From positions 1 to 58,329 of the forward strand of contig JBDKUN010000025.1 of the NCBI GenBank assembly GCA_039679675.1: a stretch of 58,329 nt of DNA. Reading direction: 5' to 3'. Source of the stretch: Armatimonadota bacterium (GTDB lineage Bacteria; Armatimonadota; UBA5829; DTLH01). Below the pieces are notes generated by a model, which worked only from the letters and a program-made list of their open reading frames with translations, was not told the DNA's origin and did no database searches. The translations under genes were made by a program, and so were the position numbers. Of this stretch, positions 47,252-56,877 are shown in pieces; the stretch's first letter is position 1, and each line of letters opens with the position of its first letter.

Positions 47252-49168
47252 CTATTGTACGTACTGCAGTTTCTTCCGTGCTGACTCATTAGTTGGATCG
47301 AGTTTAAGCGCCTTAAGGAACTGTGCCTTAGCATCTGCAGTTTTGCCTAAGTGTGAGAGACACCAGCCGGTCTGTATATATCCTCTGGGATCGAATGGGA
47401 CTTCTTTTGAATAATCAGCAAAAACGACTTTCGCTTTTTTTAGATATGCGGAGTTGCAGGTGTCCTCATAGGCAAATTGGAGTCCCATGCCGTAGTAGTA
47501 TTGCCATCTGAGGCCACCCCATTTATTGAAGCCGCTTTCCGCAAGCTGAAGCAAATCAGCTCGCCGTCTGTTCAATACGTAGGCTCTGCATTTTAGAAGC
47601 ATTGCATCTTCACAGTCGTTGCCTGCTTTCTGAGAAACCTCGTCTGCGAGCTGTAGGACTTCATTTGCATATCTTCCGCCGACACTTCCGCCTCCATTGC
47701 GATCATAGTTATATGCAAGGGATTGCGCTCTGACAATTAGAGGACAGTATGATCCGCGAGGGAAGGCTTTTTCCGCCTGTGCAAATATTTTTTCTTGCTC
47801 CGCGTTGCTTCCACCCCATTGCGGCGAGAAGCAAAACGCGTAAGATGTATAGGCTTGCATATTCCTTGGGTTTATTCTGATCAATTCACTATATGCCCGG
47901 CGCATATCAGCATCGCGGCCTAATTGCTGGCTGTTATCGAGCACCTGAAACCATCCGTTTTCGCAGTCAGGGTCAAGCTTAACGGATATTGATGCTTCCT
48001 GCATGGATAACCAGGTGTATTTGCTCCATTTTATTTCGTTGTCTCTCGTCATTTCACTGTGAATATGCCCATGACGAGCGTTCGATGCAGCAGTGTTATA
48101 GGATTCAGCAAGTAAAGCGTGGAGATATGGATTATTGGGCCATAGTCCAACAGCTTTTTTTGATTCGGAAATAGCCAGTTGGTCGTTCTTTCTGAGATTC
48201 GCGACATAGGCGAGCGCTGTATGGCTTCGGTATATACCAGGATCGTTATTTACAGCATTTTTAAGATATGATTCAGCTTCCTGATATTTGCATTGCTTCG
48301 CCAGGAGTAATCCGCGAAGTATTTCCATTTGAGAGTTATCGGCAAAAACGGCAGAGGACTTAGTTGTAATTTGAGCTAATTTCTTGCTGTTTCTCAGTTC
48401 CGCGCAGGATGATGGGCCGTAATAGTAATACTCCAGCAGTCTTATGACCGGGAATGATGCCTGCGGGTCTTCATTCACAGCCTGCCAGCGAAGCGTTTCA
48501 CATTCCTTAAATGTGGACAGGATGCTTCTGCCATAAAGCTTGATCACTTGTGGTTTAGTGAAATTAGGCTGCAGCAGTTCCTTTGCATATACAGGATCAG
48601 GCTTGATCTTCATATCAGATATTGCCATCTTTACAAGCTTACTCTGCATTTCAGGCAAATCTGCCGGATTACCAGAAATCTTGTGTATTTGTTTTGTGCC
48701 TGGGTTGGCAGTGTCTATAACGCACAAGGATATATCTGCATTACTGCCGGATATCGTGAGATCGCCGGTGATAACGTAGCTTAAGCCCAACTTTTTACCC
48801 AGTTTGGCGGCGAAATCGTCTGAAACCGGTTTTGTGTGGTCTTTGCCTGATTGATCAATGGCACTATTGATCTCGTTGAAGCTGAGCTGTTGAGTTACAT
48901 GTTTTGGCGCGCAATAAATTCTATCGGCAAAAGCTCTTGCGAACCCTGCAGCGTAATATTTCGAGTCTGAGTTATCCCCATGCGGGCGGAAGTTGAAGAC
49001 TGCAAGGGAAGTAAGACATTTACCTTTCGGCAGAGTTACATTAATCGCCGTTTGTCTTGGTTGGAATATGCCTCTGAGTTCAGGCAATGATTTGACGATT
49101 ATGTAAAGCGAACCGATCATCAAAACTGCAAATACGACAACAATCACAGGTAAAATGTATTTACGCAA
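47252..49168 (-). CDS. Membrane-anchored TPR protein with TolB-N/FlgO-like N-domain and DUF4034-like region
   Basis: N-terminal TM; SLAVFNF...YYAAGF...KKLGLSYVITG pattern; several TPRs; SPQWGGS motif. Confidence 0.75.
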   Translation of the reverse strand: MRKYILPVIVVVFAVLMIGSLYIIVKSLPELRGIFQPRQTAINVTLPKGKCLTSLAVFNFRPHGDNSDSKYYAAGFARAFADRIYCAPKHVTQQLSFNEINSAIDQSGKDHTKPVSDDFAAKLGKKLGLSYVITGDLTISGSNADISLCVIDTANPGTKQIHKISGNPADLPEMQSKLVKMAISDMKIKPDPVYAKELLQPNFTKPQVIKLYGRSILSTFKECETLRWQAVNEDPQASFPVIRLLEYYYYGPSSCAELRNSKKLAQITTKSSAVFADNSQMEILRGLLLAKQCKYQEAESYLKNAVNNDPGIYRSHTALAYVANLRKNDQLAISESKKAVGLWPNNPYLHALLAESYNTAASNARHGHIHSEMTRDNEIKWSKYTWLSMQEASISVKLDPDCENGWFQVLDNSQQLGRDADMRRAYSELIRINPRNMQAYTSYAFCFSPQWGGSNAEQEKIFAQAEKAFPRGSYCPLIVRAQSLAYNYDRNGGGSVGGRYANEVLQLADEVSQKAGNDCEDAMLLKCRAYVLNRRRADLLQLAESGFNKWGGLRWQYYYGMGLQFAYEDTCNSAYLKKAKVVFADYSKEVPFDPRGYIQTGWCLSHLGKTADAKAQFLKALKLDPTNESARKKLQYVQ

Positions 49169-49269
49169 CTGTAACCCCTCCAGAAGTTATTTGTGTGACT
49201 GTATGAGTACTTCTTCGTGCAGATTCTGTATTCCTTGTTTTTAGCCGCTAAAATAAAAAATAAGGGCCG

Positions 49270-51876
49270 CTAATTTCCTTTTACCTTCCTCTGCAGTTCA
49301 TCCAGCTTGACGAGTGCTTCGATAGGGGACATTGTAGCTAAGTCCAACTTTTCGAGCTCATCTACTATAGGGTGTGTCTCACCCTCAAATAGAGTAAGCT
49401 GCATCTTCTGCGATTTCGTGGAGAAGGATTTGCCTGCACCGGACATATTCCCTGCTCCATCTTTTTTCTCCAGATCGGAGAGAATCTCAGCAGCACGTGT
49501 TATGACATCAGCAGGCAGTCCAGCGAGCCGCGCGACCTCTATTCCGTAGCTCCGGTCAGTCCCTCCCGGCATGATCTTTCTCAACCACACGATCCGGTCA
49601 GCTTCTTCCTTTACCGCGATGCGATAGTTCTTTACACCGGGCTTATCTTTCTCAAGCTCGTTAAGGTGGTGATAATGGGTGGCGAAAAGTGTTTTTGCGC
49701 CTATTACCATTATCTGCTCCGCTACCGCCCAGGCGATGGAAAGCCCGTCATAGGTCGATGTTCCACGCCCTATTTCATCCAATACGATCAGGCTGCGCCT
49801 TGTGGCGTTGTTCAGGATGTTTGCAGTCTCGTTCATCTCCACCATAAAGGTGCTTTGTCCGCTTGCAAGCTCGTCATGCGCGCCTACCCTGGTGAATATT
49901 CGATCTACAACGCCTATCTTTGCCTCATCGGCAGGTACGAAACTGCCGATCTGCGCCATAAGCACGATCAGCGCTACCTGCCTGAGATATGTGGACTTTC
50001 CGGCCATATTCGGACCGGTTATGATGAGCAGTTGGTCTGTCTCGCAATTCAGAAATGTGTCATTCGGCACGAACCTGTCGTCTGTCAGGAACTGTTCGAC
50101 GACCGGATGGCGGCCATTTCTTATGGTTATCTCCTCGTTGTCATCGACAACCGGGCGGGTGTAGCCATTCAGTGCTGCAACTTCAGCAAGCGATGCCAGC
50201 ACATCAAGTTCGGCGACAGCATGTGCGACTCTGCCGACGCTCCGGGCTTCATCGGCCACTTTTTCACGCACTTCGGTGAAAAGCCGGTATTCAAGATCGA
50301 CGGCTTTCTCATCGGCGCCGAGTACTCGCGCTTCATACTCTTTCAGTTCCGGAGTTATGTATCGCTCGCCATTTACGGTCGTCTGCTTGCGGATATAATC
50401 CTCAGGTATGAGCTTCTGGTTTGACTTCGAAATCTCTATATAGTAGCCGAAGACTGAGTTATAGCCGACTTTCAGATTTTTAATGCCTGTACGATCGCGT
50501 TCGGTCGCTTCTAGGTTTGTGATCCAGTCTCTGCCGTCAGTGGCGGCGCTTCTCAGTATATCGAGATCAGAATTGAAGCCTTTACGGATAATATTGCCGT
50601 CTTTAACGGCCGCAGGAGGATCATCCGTTATAGCTGTCCGAATAATCGATACGACATGCTCCAGTGAGTCGATTTCATCAGACAACTGCTTAAGCATTGG
50701 ACAATGAGCTTCTGCAAGCGCAGCTTTGATGGGTGGAAGTGCCTCAAGAGATACTGCCAGACCGACAAGGTCCCGTGCATTGGCGTTTCCGATCACGATC
50801 CGGCTCATCAGCCGTTCCATATCCTGCACATCTGAAAGCATCTCGCGTATTTCGCCTCGGAGAAGCGAACCAAGATACAACTCTTCGACTGATTCCTGCC
50901 TTTGGACGATACGAGGCACATCGAGAAGCGGCTGATCAAGCCATTTTCGGATGAGCCGCCCACCCATTGCGGTTTTTGTGCGGTCCAGGATAGAAAGGAG
51001 GCTCTTGCCTTTGCCTTCTGGTGAAATGGACTGAACGAGTTCCAAATTTCTGCGCGCGGCGGGGTCGAGGACCATAAATCCGGCAGTTGAATAGGTTGCT
51101 ATCGAAGAGATATGCTGAAGGGCCGGTGCATTCGTGTGTTTCAGGTAGTCGAGGACCATTGCTGCGGCTTCAATCCCGACTGACATGTCTTCGCATCCGA
51201 ACCCTCTTAGGGATGCTGTGCCGAAATGCGAGGTAAGCCGTTCCCGTGCGGGCTGGATACATATGTCACTCTCTTCATATTGTGTTACATATCCGCCGGA
51301 AGCTGACTTGACTTGCGGCATGAGGTCCCGGTCGATCTCTCGAACAAGGCATTCAGCAGGTGAGAGCCGCGCCAATTCTTCCATTACCTTTGGTACGGAA
51401 TCATGGCCGTCTATTTCGGTCACTATGAACTCGCCGGTTGATATATCGACAACCGCAAGGCCTGTATGGGTCTCATTAGGGACAAGCGCGGCCAGATAAT
51501 TGTTCGATTTAGCATTCAGCATGCCATCTTCCAGGATGGTGCCGGGGGTAACGACACGGGTAACGTCGCGTTTGACAAGCCCTTTCGCGAGTTTTGGGTC
51601 TTCCATCTGGTCGCATATTGCAACCCGGTAGCCGCGGGAGATGAGCCTTGCGATATACCGCTCGACAGAATGATGGGGAACACCGCACATCGGCATTTTG
51701 CCGGACGCACCTGCATCCCTCGATGTCAAAACTATCTCAAGCTCGCGTGATGCGAGGACTGCATCATCCCCGAACATCTCATAAAAGTCTCCAAGCCGGA
51801 ACATGAGTATTACATCAGGATACTGCGATTTGATCGACTTGTACTGCGTGAGCATAGGTGTAAGTTTTGCAGCCAT
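49270..51876 (-). CDS. mutS: DNA mismatch repair protein MutS
   Basis: TPMLTQY, FRLGDFYEMF, ITGPNMAGKSTY, GQSTFMVEM, DEIGRGTST, SYGIEVARLAG. Confidence 0.98.
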   Translation of the reverse strand: MAAKLTPMLTQYKSIKSQYPDVILMFRLGDFYEMFGDDAVLASRELEIVLTSRDAGASGKMPMCGVPHHSVERYIARLISRGYRVAICDQMEDPKLAKGLVKRDVTRVVTPGTILEDGMLNAKSNNYLAALVPNETHTGLAVVDISTGEFIVTEIDGHDSVPKVMEELARLSPAECLVREIDRDLMPQVKSASGGYVTQYEESDICIQPARERLTSHFGTASLRGFGCEDMSVGIEAAAMVLDYLKHTNAPALQHISSIATYSTAGFMVLDPAARRNLELVQSISPEGKGKSLLSILDRTKTAMGGRLIRKWLDQPLLDVPRIVQRQESVEELYLGSLLRGEIREMLSDVQDMERLMSRIVIGNANARDLVGLAVSLEALPPIKAALAEAHCPMLKQLSDEIDSLEHVVSIIRTAITDDPPAAVKDGNIIRKGFNSDLDILRSAATDGRDWITNLEATERDRTGIKNLKVGYNSVFGYYIEISKSNQKLIPEDYIRKQTTVNGERYITPELKEYEARVLGADEKAVDLEYRLFTEVREKVADEARSVGRVAHAVAELDVLASLAEVAALNGYTRPVVDDNEEITIRNGRHPVVEQFLTDDRFVPNDTFLNCETDQLLIITGPNMAGKSTYLRQVALIVLMAQIGSFVPADEAKIGVVDRIFTRVGAHDELASGQSTFMVEMNETANILNNATRRSLIVLDEIGRGTSTYDGLSIAWAVAEQIMVIGAKTLFATHYHHLNELEKDKPGVKNYRIAVKEEADRIVWLRKIMPGGTDRSYGIEVARLAGLPADVITRAAEILSDLEKKDGAGNMSGAGKSFSTKSQKMQLTLFEGETHPIVDELEKLDLATMSPIEALVKLDELQRKVKGN

Positions 51877-52004
51877 AAATCACCCTTCAAACGAAAACGA
51901 GGAGGACACATATTAAGCATCCTCCTGTAATAATCTCACTGGAATTATACCACCGGGAGAGGACGTAAGCCAAGCGGGCGAGCAAATGTTCGTAGATGTG
52001 AGGT

Positions 52005-52039
52005 AAAAAAACAACCCGGAATGTGCTTCCGGGTTGTTT
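52005..52039 (-). terminator. Intrinsic terminator of the 52068-54338 gene
   Basis: AAACAACCCGGAA / TTCCGGGTTGTTT stem; the A-run on + reads as a U-tract on the minus strand. Confidence 0.8.
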
Positions 52040-52067
52040 CAAGACTAATCACATAGAATTGATTTTA

Positions 52068-54338
52068 TTAGTTGGTCTCGGTTCCCGCCTGTTTCCTGAG
52101 TCGGAATGCGCCGAATGGGTAGCCATAAACGTATCCAGTTCCAGAGGTTGCTCTGAGGCTGAATGTGCCATCGGCTGCAGGCTGGATATTCCGCCAACGG
52201 GCAACAAGACCCGATGTATTTTGTGCAGTGTTAAACTGCGTGTAATTGCCAGTCGGATTGTTGGTAGTACCTGTCGTTGTACCTGCTGAGCTCTTGTTCT
52301 CAGCGCTGATATTACCAACTAAAGTATACCTAGCCGTTGCAAGATCGTTGAGCTCGTTTCTATTTGCTGTACAGACTAACTCATACAATGCATTCGGATC
52401 GAGCTGAGTGAAGTTCATATTCACAAACCACCCGCCCATAGTACCATCTGCTGCTATACAACCTTTAAGAGATACGATTCTCCTACTGTTTACGGTATCA
52501 ACGAAGTATATATCCGTATCTCCAACAGGATCAGCACCGGACATCGTTAGGTCACCGGAAGAGATATTGCCGTATGTTATCGTTACTCGTTCAGGAACGT
52601 ATGCTCCAGTGCCATAATCTCTCAGATAACCACTTGCAACACCATGCCCATTGTAAGTGGTGATGTTATAGGTCGGGTCGCCAGGAGTAGGAGGAATAGT
52701 ATCAGGCACCGGCGGAGCAACTACAAAGTCGTTGTAGGCTGTGAATGTCGGCAGACTGTCTTCCACTGCGGTGAATGCTCTGACTGCCGGCACAACGGTC
52801 GTTCCAGATGTATTAACAGTCAAAACGCCGCTTGCCGTCCTGAACTGGCCGACAGATATTTCGCTGACCGGATACTTCCAGGTCTCATCGAACTTGACAT
52901 AAAGTCCCTTGTTGTTTCCATCTCCTGCAAGGCCGCTTCCGTCATCGAGATAGTATCCGGTAACGAAGCTCTGAGTGCTGTCTTCGTCAAAGCTTGTTAC
53001 CTTACCAGCGACTTTGACGAGCAATCCCTGTGCAGCTGCTCCGGCTTTGTCCAGCTCGCCGGCCACTTTACCGGTTACTCCGACAGGTAGAGGAGCTTTG
53101 GCGGTTCCGATGGGCGATATACTCTGAGCAACAACTGATACCTCATTGTTGGCCTTTACAACCTGTCCACTGATGTACAACTTCTGGCCAACCTTAGGGC
53201 TGGAAGTCGAAACAATCTTCATACCGGCTGAACGGTCCTGATTTTCGACCCAGAATGAGTCAGAAAAGCTGGCAGTAACTATGCCATCAGATATATTGGT
53301 GACAGTTGCGCCGTTTGCACCAGATGCCTTGACGGCAGAAATAGTAGTTGATGATACTGGAGCAGCGGTACCCGCCTTTATATCATCGAAATATGCCTTC
53401 GTAGGAGTGACAGCTGAAGAGGTTCCCTGATTCTCTGACGCATTGAAATAAACTCGTGCTTCATCATCTCTATCAATAGTAGTGTTTGGTTTACCGCCCC
53501 ATTTCCATACGCCATTTACAAATAGATCATAACTATCGAGAGTCTTCAACACTGTAATTTTAGGCCGAGTTGAATAAACAGGAACTTCTGTAGTGCCTGA
53601 CCTATAACTACGTGTGGTACTTCCATCTAGAAATACATACAAGCGAGGATTCTCGTTATACGGCATATCTTGAATATCAACTACAATTGATCTGTTCCCA
53701 TTATCGTCCTTAACTATAGCAAAAGACTGGTAATTGGTGGAGACATTACTCTGGTAATGCTTAGGCAGCACAAATTCGAATGCTCCAACTAGAGGAAAAG
53801 TGATCTTGCTTATAGTTCCGCCTCGTGTTGGGTGTGGACTTACTTCTATGGCATTGTTCCCGCTAATATCAAGTATAGAAGCGCTTGTATCGCTTATATC
53901 ACCGTAAGTTCCTGGGGCAACTGAAACTGCATCATAGTAATCCCACTTGCTTGTATCAAACGAAGTGCCTGAGAAGTCATCGTATGTAGGAACAACGCCC
54001 AGCGGCAGGTCTACATCCTGGGTTACCGAACCCCAAATGAAGAATCCATCATCAACATACGGCACAGCATCTATTGCGTTGACCACAAATTTATATACGC
54101 CTATTGCTGATGTAGATATACTGTAATTTCCACTGGCATCAGTGATGGCAGAAAGATAAGTCGTACCAGCAGCGATGACTACACGTGCGTTAGGACATGC
54201 TACGCCGCCGCGCGTTACTTTTCCTGAGATTACGTTTTGTGCATTGCAAACCACTCCCGCACAAAAGACAAGGAGTAGCATGGCCGCCGCTATCAGTGTC
54301 AATTTACGAACTGATGCAATACGAAGGTCTTTACACAT
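52068..54338 (-). CDS. Large secreted modular protein (carboxypeptidase-regulatory-like, lectin-like beta-sandwich, OB-fold-like pair, C-terminal beta domain)
   Basis: Signal peptide after ATG 54338; ISGKVT...ARV...TDASGNYSI; YDDFSG; module ISAVKA...VTASF...FWVENQDRSAG...GLLVKVAGKVT...YYLDDGSG. Confidence 0.8.
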   Translation of the reverse strand: MCKDLRIASVRKLTLIAAAMLLLVFCAGVVCNAQNVISGKVTRGGVACPNARVVIAAGTTYLSAITDASGNYSISTSAIGVYKFVVNAIDAVPYVDDGFFIWGSVTQDVDLPLGVVPTYDDFSGTSFDTSKWDYYDAVSVAPGTYGDISDTSASILDISGNNAIEVSPHPTRGGTISKITFPLVGAFEFVLPKHYQSNVSTNYQSFAIVKDDNGNRSIVVDIQDMPYNENPRLYVFLDGSTTRSYRSGTTEVPVYSTRPKITVLKTLDSYDLFVNGVWKWGGKPNTTIDRDDEARVYFNASENQGTSSAVTPTKAYFDDIKAGTAAPVSSTTISAVKASGANGATVTNISDGIVTASFSDSFWVENQDRSAGMKIVSTSSPKVGQKLYISGQVVKANNEVSVVAQSISPIGTAKAPLPVGVTGKVAGELDKAGAAAQGLLVKVAGKVTSFDEDSTQSFVTGYYLDDGSGLAGDGNNKGLYVKFDETWKYPVSEISVGQFRTASGVLTVNTSGTTVVPAVRAFTAVEDSLPTFTAYNDFVVAPPVPDTIPPTPGDPTYNITTYNGHGVASGYLRDYGTGAYVPERVTITYGNISSGDLTMSGADPVGDTDIYFVDTVNSRRIVSLKGCIAADGTMGGWFVNMNFTQLDPNALYELVCTANRNELNDLATARYTLVGNISAENKSSAGTTTGTTNNPTGNYTQFNTAQNTSGLVARWRNIQPAADGTFSLRATSGTGYVYGYPFGAFRLRKQAGTETN

Positions 54339-54893
54339 ATTTCCTTTCGCCTCCAAATTCGATGTTAAGAGAATTTATCGCCATTTACCAGGGCCGCCTC
54401 TTCCTTTACTCGGTTACGGTCAGCCTCATGCTGTTTATATTATCCGGCCACTTCATATCCGTTGGGTACATAGCGATACAGGCTATTGCCATCATGATTT
54501 TATGCCATGATAAAGCATTATAGGGTGGAAGAATTGTGAAAATACCGGTGGAAAATTAATTATCACCTGGCTGAGTTTCAGGTGTAACTTCACACCGAAC
54601 CCCCGGAAGATTTTAGGCTTCCAGAAGCTTAAAATCAACAGATTCTCATTGGCCACTATAGCAATTTCATCCTGCGCTAACTTGTTTAGTCGATCATGCC
54701 GCGCAATTATGGTTTAAAAATGTACAAAGCAATAGCTTTAACTCTAGAACTCTAATTCCTATATACCATGTGTATTATGGCCTGTCAAGCATAAATATTT
54801 AAGGTGTATTACCCGCATTTGGTTGTTGAAGAGCTGTACACCTTATCAATGGTAGAAACCTATGTGAATAATGAGGCATTATGCAGACGATCC

Positions 54894-55877
54894 TTACTGT
54901 GTGTTAGTGGATATTTTACATGATCGGGCAACAATACTAAGCGGATTGTTCAGCTCAACTGCACAATGGGAAGTGAATCCTGTGCTGCAATTGCCGGAAT
55001 GAGGGTATATGGAATAAGCTGCCTCATAGATTCGCTGGCCGGACAGGTCTGTCGGAATCAGGATATGGACTATATTATTCGTGACGCTGCAGGTGTATTT
55101 AGAATAATTCAGGATCGATATTCCGTATTTATCCTCCGAGAGATCGATCCATTTCTGCGCGTTGGTCCGGCAAGGGATGTCAAAAATGGCTTTTGGACAT
55201 GAAAGCGCTGTCGGAAAGGTAACTTCGAGCGCAGCTTGTTGCTGAAGATAGGCAGTCAGCTTGATATCGATGCGCGGAACCCCTTCATAGAGAACGACAT
55301 CCTGCACGAAAGATGATTTGCCGTAAGTGTGCTCCAATCTTGCCATTGCTCTGGTCGGACCAATCTCAAGGACTTCTGTCTCGTCAGGATCCAGGTCCAT
55401 GATTTGTTTATTGATGACGATCTGCAGTACTCCGGTCTGTGAAGCTACCACACGTTTATTGATTTTGTCATAGATTCTCTTTATGATGCCTTTCGAAAGG
55501 TCGAACTTAACCCGGAAATACTCGTTTTCAATATAATCATTGGTTGTTTTGATTGAAGTTGCGGCGGGTTTGTCTGATTTTATCAGCCGGAATATCTTGT
55601 AATCGAGCGCAGGAACATTGCGTGCGGTAAAAATAATCCTATCTGCAACTATCTGTGCCGGATAGGTCGCAGTCCCGTCTGCAACGGTAACGGTTTTCAC
55701 GTTTTCTCCGCAAAATGGTGAAGGCATATCCACGATATCCGTCCGGTTCCACGCGAGCGGGTTATAAACTACGACCTGGGTGCCGCTTTCGCCGGTAATC
55801 TGCCCTGTCACAGGGGCTGCCGTGAAAAGCAGAAGTGCAAATATAGCAAATAATGTTTTCTGAATCGTATTAGTCAT
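54894..55877 (-). CDS. Secreted protein made only of GH38 alpha-mannosidase C-terminal beta domains (no catalytic domain)
   Basis: VVVYNPLAWNRTD, VPALDYK, IENEYFRV, IYDK, EIGPTRA, LYEGVPRID, QKWIDLS..KYGISILN.SKY, YSIYPHSG...ELNNPL. Confidence 0.75.
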   Translation of the reverse strand: MTNTIQKTLFAIFALLLFTAAPVTGQITGESGTQVVVYNPLAWNRTDIVDMPSPFCGENVKTVTVADGTATYPAQIVADRIIFTARNVPALDYKIFRLIKSDKPAATSIKTTNDYIENEYFRVKFDLSKGIIKRIYDKINKRVVASQTGVLQIVINKQIMDLDPDETEVLEIGPTRAMARLEHTYGKSSFVQDVVLYEGVPRIDIKLTAYLQQQAALEVTFPTALSCPKAIFDIPCRTNAQKWIDLSEDKYGISILNYSKYTCSVTNNIVHILIPTDLSGQRIYEAAYSIYPHSGNCSTGFTSHCAVELNNPLSIVARSCKISTNTQ

Positions 55878-56016
55878 TCTTGTGCTCTAATATGCCTACC
55901 CTTATAGTACATCAAAAATCTATGTATTGCTTCGATCTCATTAATTTCTTCCACATTTATTATTGGGGTATACTATCTGACAATATCGATTTCAGTGAGC
56001 TGAACGGAGACATGCA

Positions 56017-56736
56017 ATGTCCGGCAATATTTATTGCGGCACAAGCGGGTGGAATTATAAACACTGGAGAGGGATATATTATCCTGAAACATTGCCGCAG
56101 TCGCGCTGGCTTCAGTATTACGGGTCCGACTTCGATACGGTCGAGATCAACAATTCGTTCTACCGCCTTCCTGAAAGACAGACATTTCAAATGTGGCATG
56201 ATCAAGCCCCTCCCAGGTTCACATTTGCAATGAAGGCAAGCCGGTATCTGACCCATATGAAGAAATTGACAGACCCAGAGGAACCGCTTGCGCGGATGCT
56301 TGGCAGAAGCAGTGCGCTCGCTGAAAAGCACGGTCCGATCTTATATCAGCTTCCCCCCGGCTGGCGGATCAACATGGAACGGTTGGAGAGTTTTCTTATG
56401 GTTCTTCCTGAGAACATGAGGCATGTTTTCGAGTTTCGCGACTCTTCCTGGCAGTCGAAACAGGTCTTTGATCTGCTGCGACGGTATAAAATGGGGTATT
56501 GCATAATGAGCGCACCCGATCTTCCGTGTCATATTATCTCGACAACCGGTTATTCATATATTCGTATGCATAGCGGGGGATCTGAGACTGAAGGTCGGTA
56601 TACTGACGCCAGCCTGGACTGGTGGGCTGGCCATATACGCCGTCTACTGGATAACGGTGACGTTTATGTATACTTCAATAATGACTATAAGGGCTTCGCT
56701 ATAGAGAATGCGAAGTCGTTGTTGAAAAGAATATGA
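56017..56736 (+). CDS. DUF72 (YecE-like) TIM-barrel protein
   Basis: GTSGWNY.HW...YP, TVEINNSFYR, KASRYLTH, LYQLPP, EFRD.SW, YIRMH, YVYFNND. Confidence 0.93.
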   Translation: MSGNIYCGTSGWNYKHWRGIYYPETLPQSRWLQYYGSDFDTVEINNSFYRLPERQTFQMWHDQAPPRFTFAMKASRYLTHMKKLTDPEEPLARMLGRSSALAEKHGPILYQLPPGWRINMERLESFLMVLPENMRHVFEFRDSSWQSKQVFDLLRRYKMGYCIMSAPDLPCHIISTTGYSYIRMHSGGSETEGRYTDASLDWWAGHIRRLLDNGDVYVYFNNDYKGFAIENAKSLLKRI

Positions 56737-56877
56737 GCAACAATTACTCCTCTATCGGATTCGTAAAAGGGGTGTCCAGCGACAAAAGCGCAGATATTAT
56801 TCTAGACCGCCTCTAGCCACATCGTTATCTCAACAGGTAAAATATCTTTGTTTGATTAAGTTAGACAGCAGGTTCTT

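Noticed and set aside
54175..54523. Two + strand ORFs of about 110 aa near the long intergenic region
   Set aside because: They overlap the start of the minus-strand secreted protein gene, lack an SD and have non-protein-like composition.
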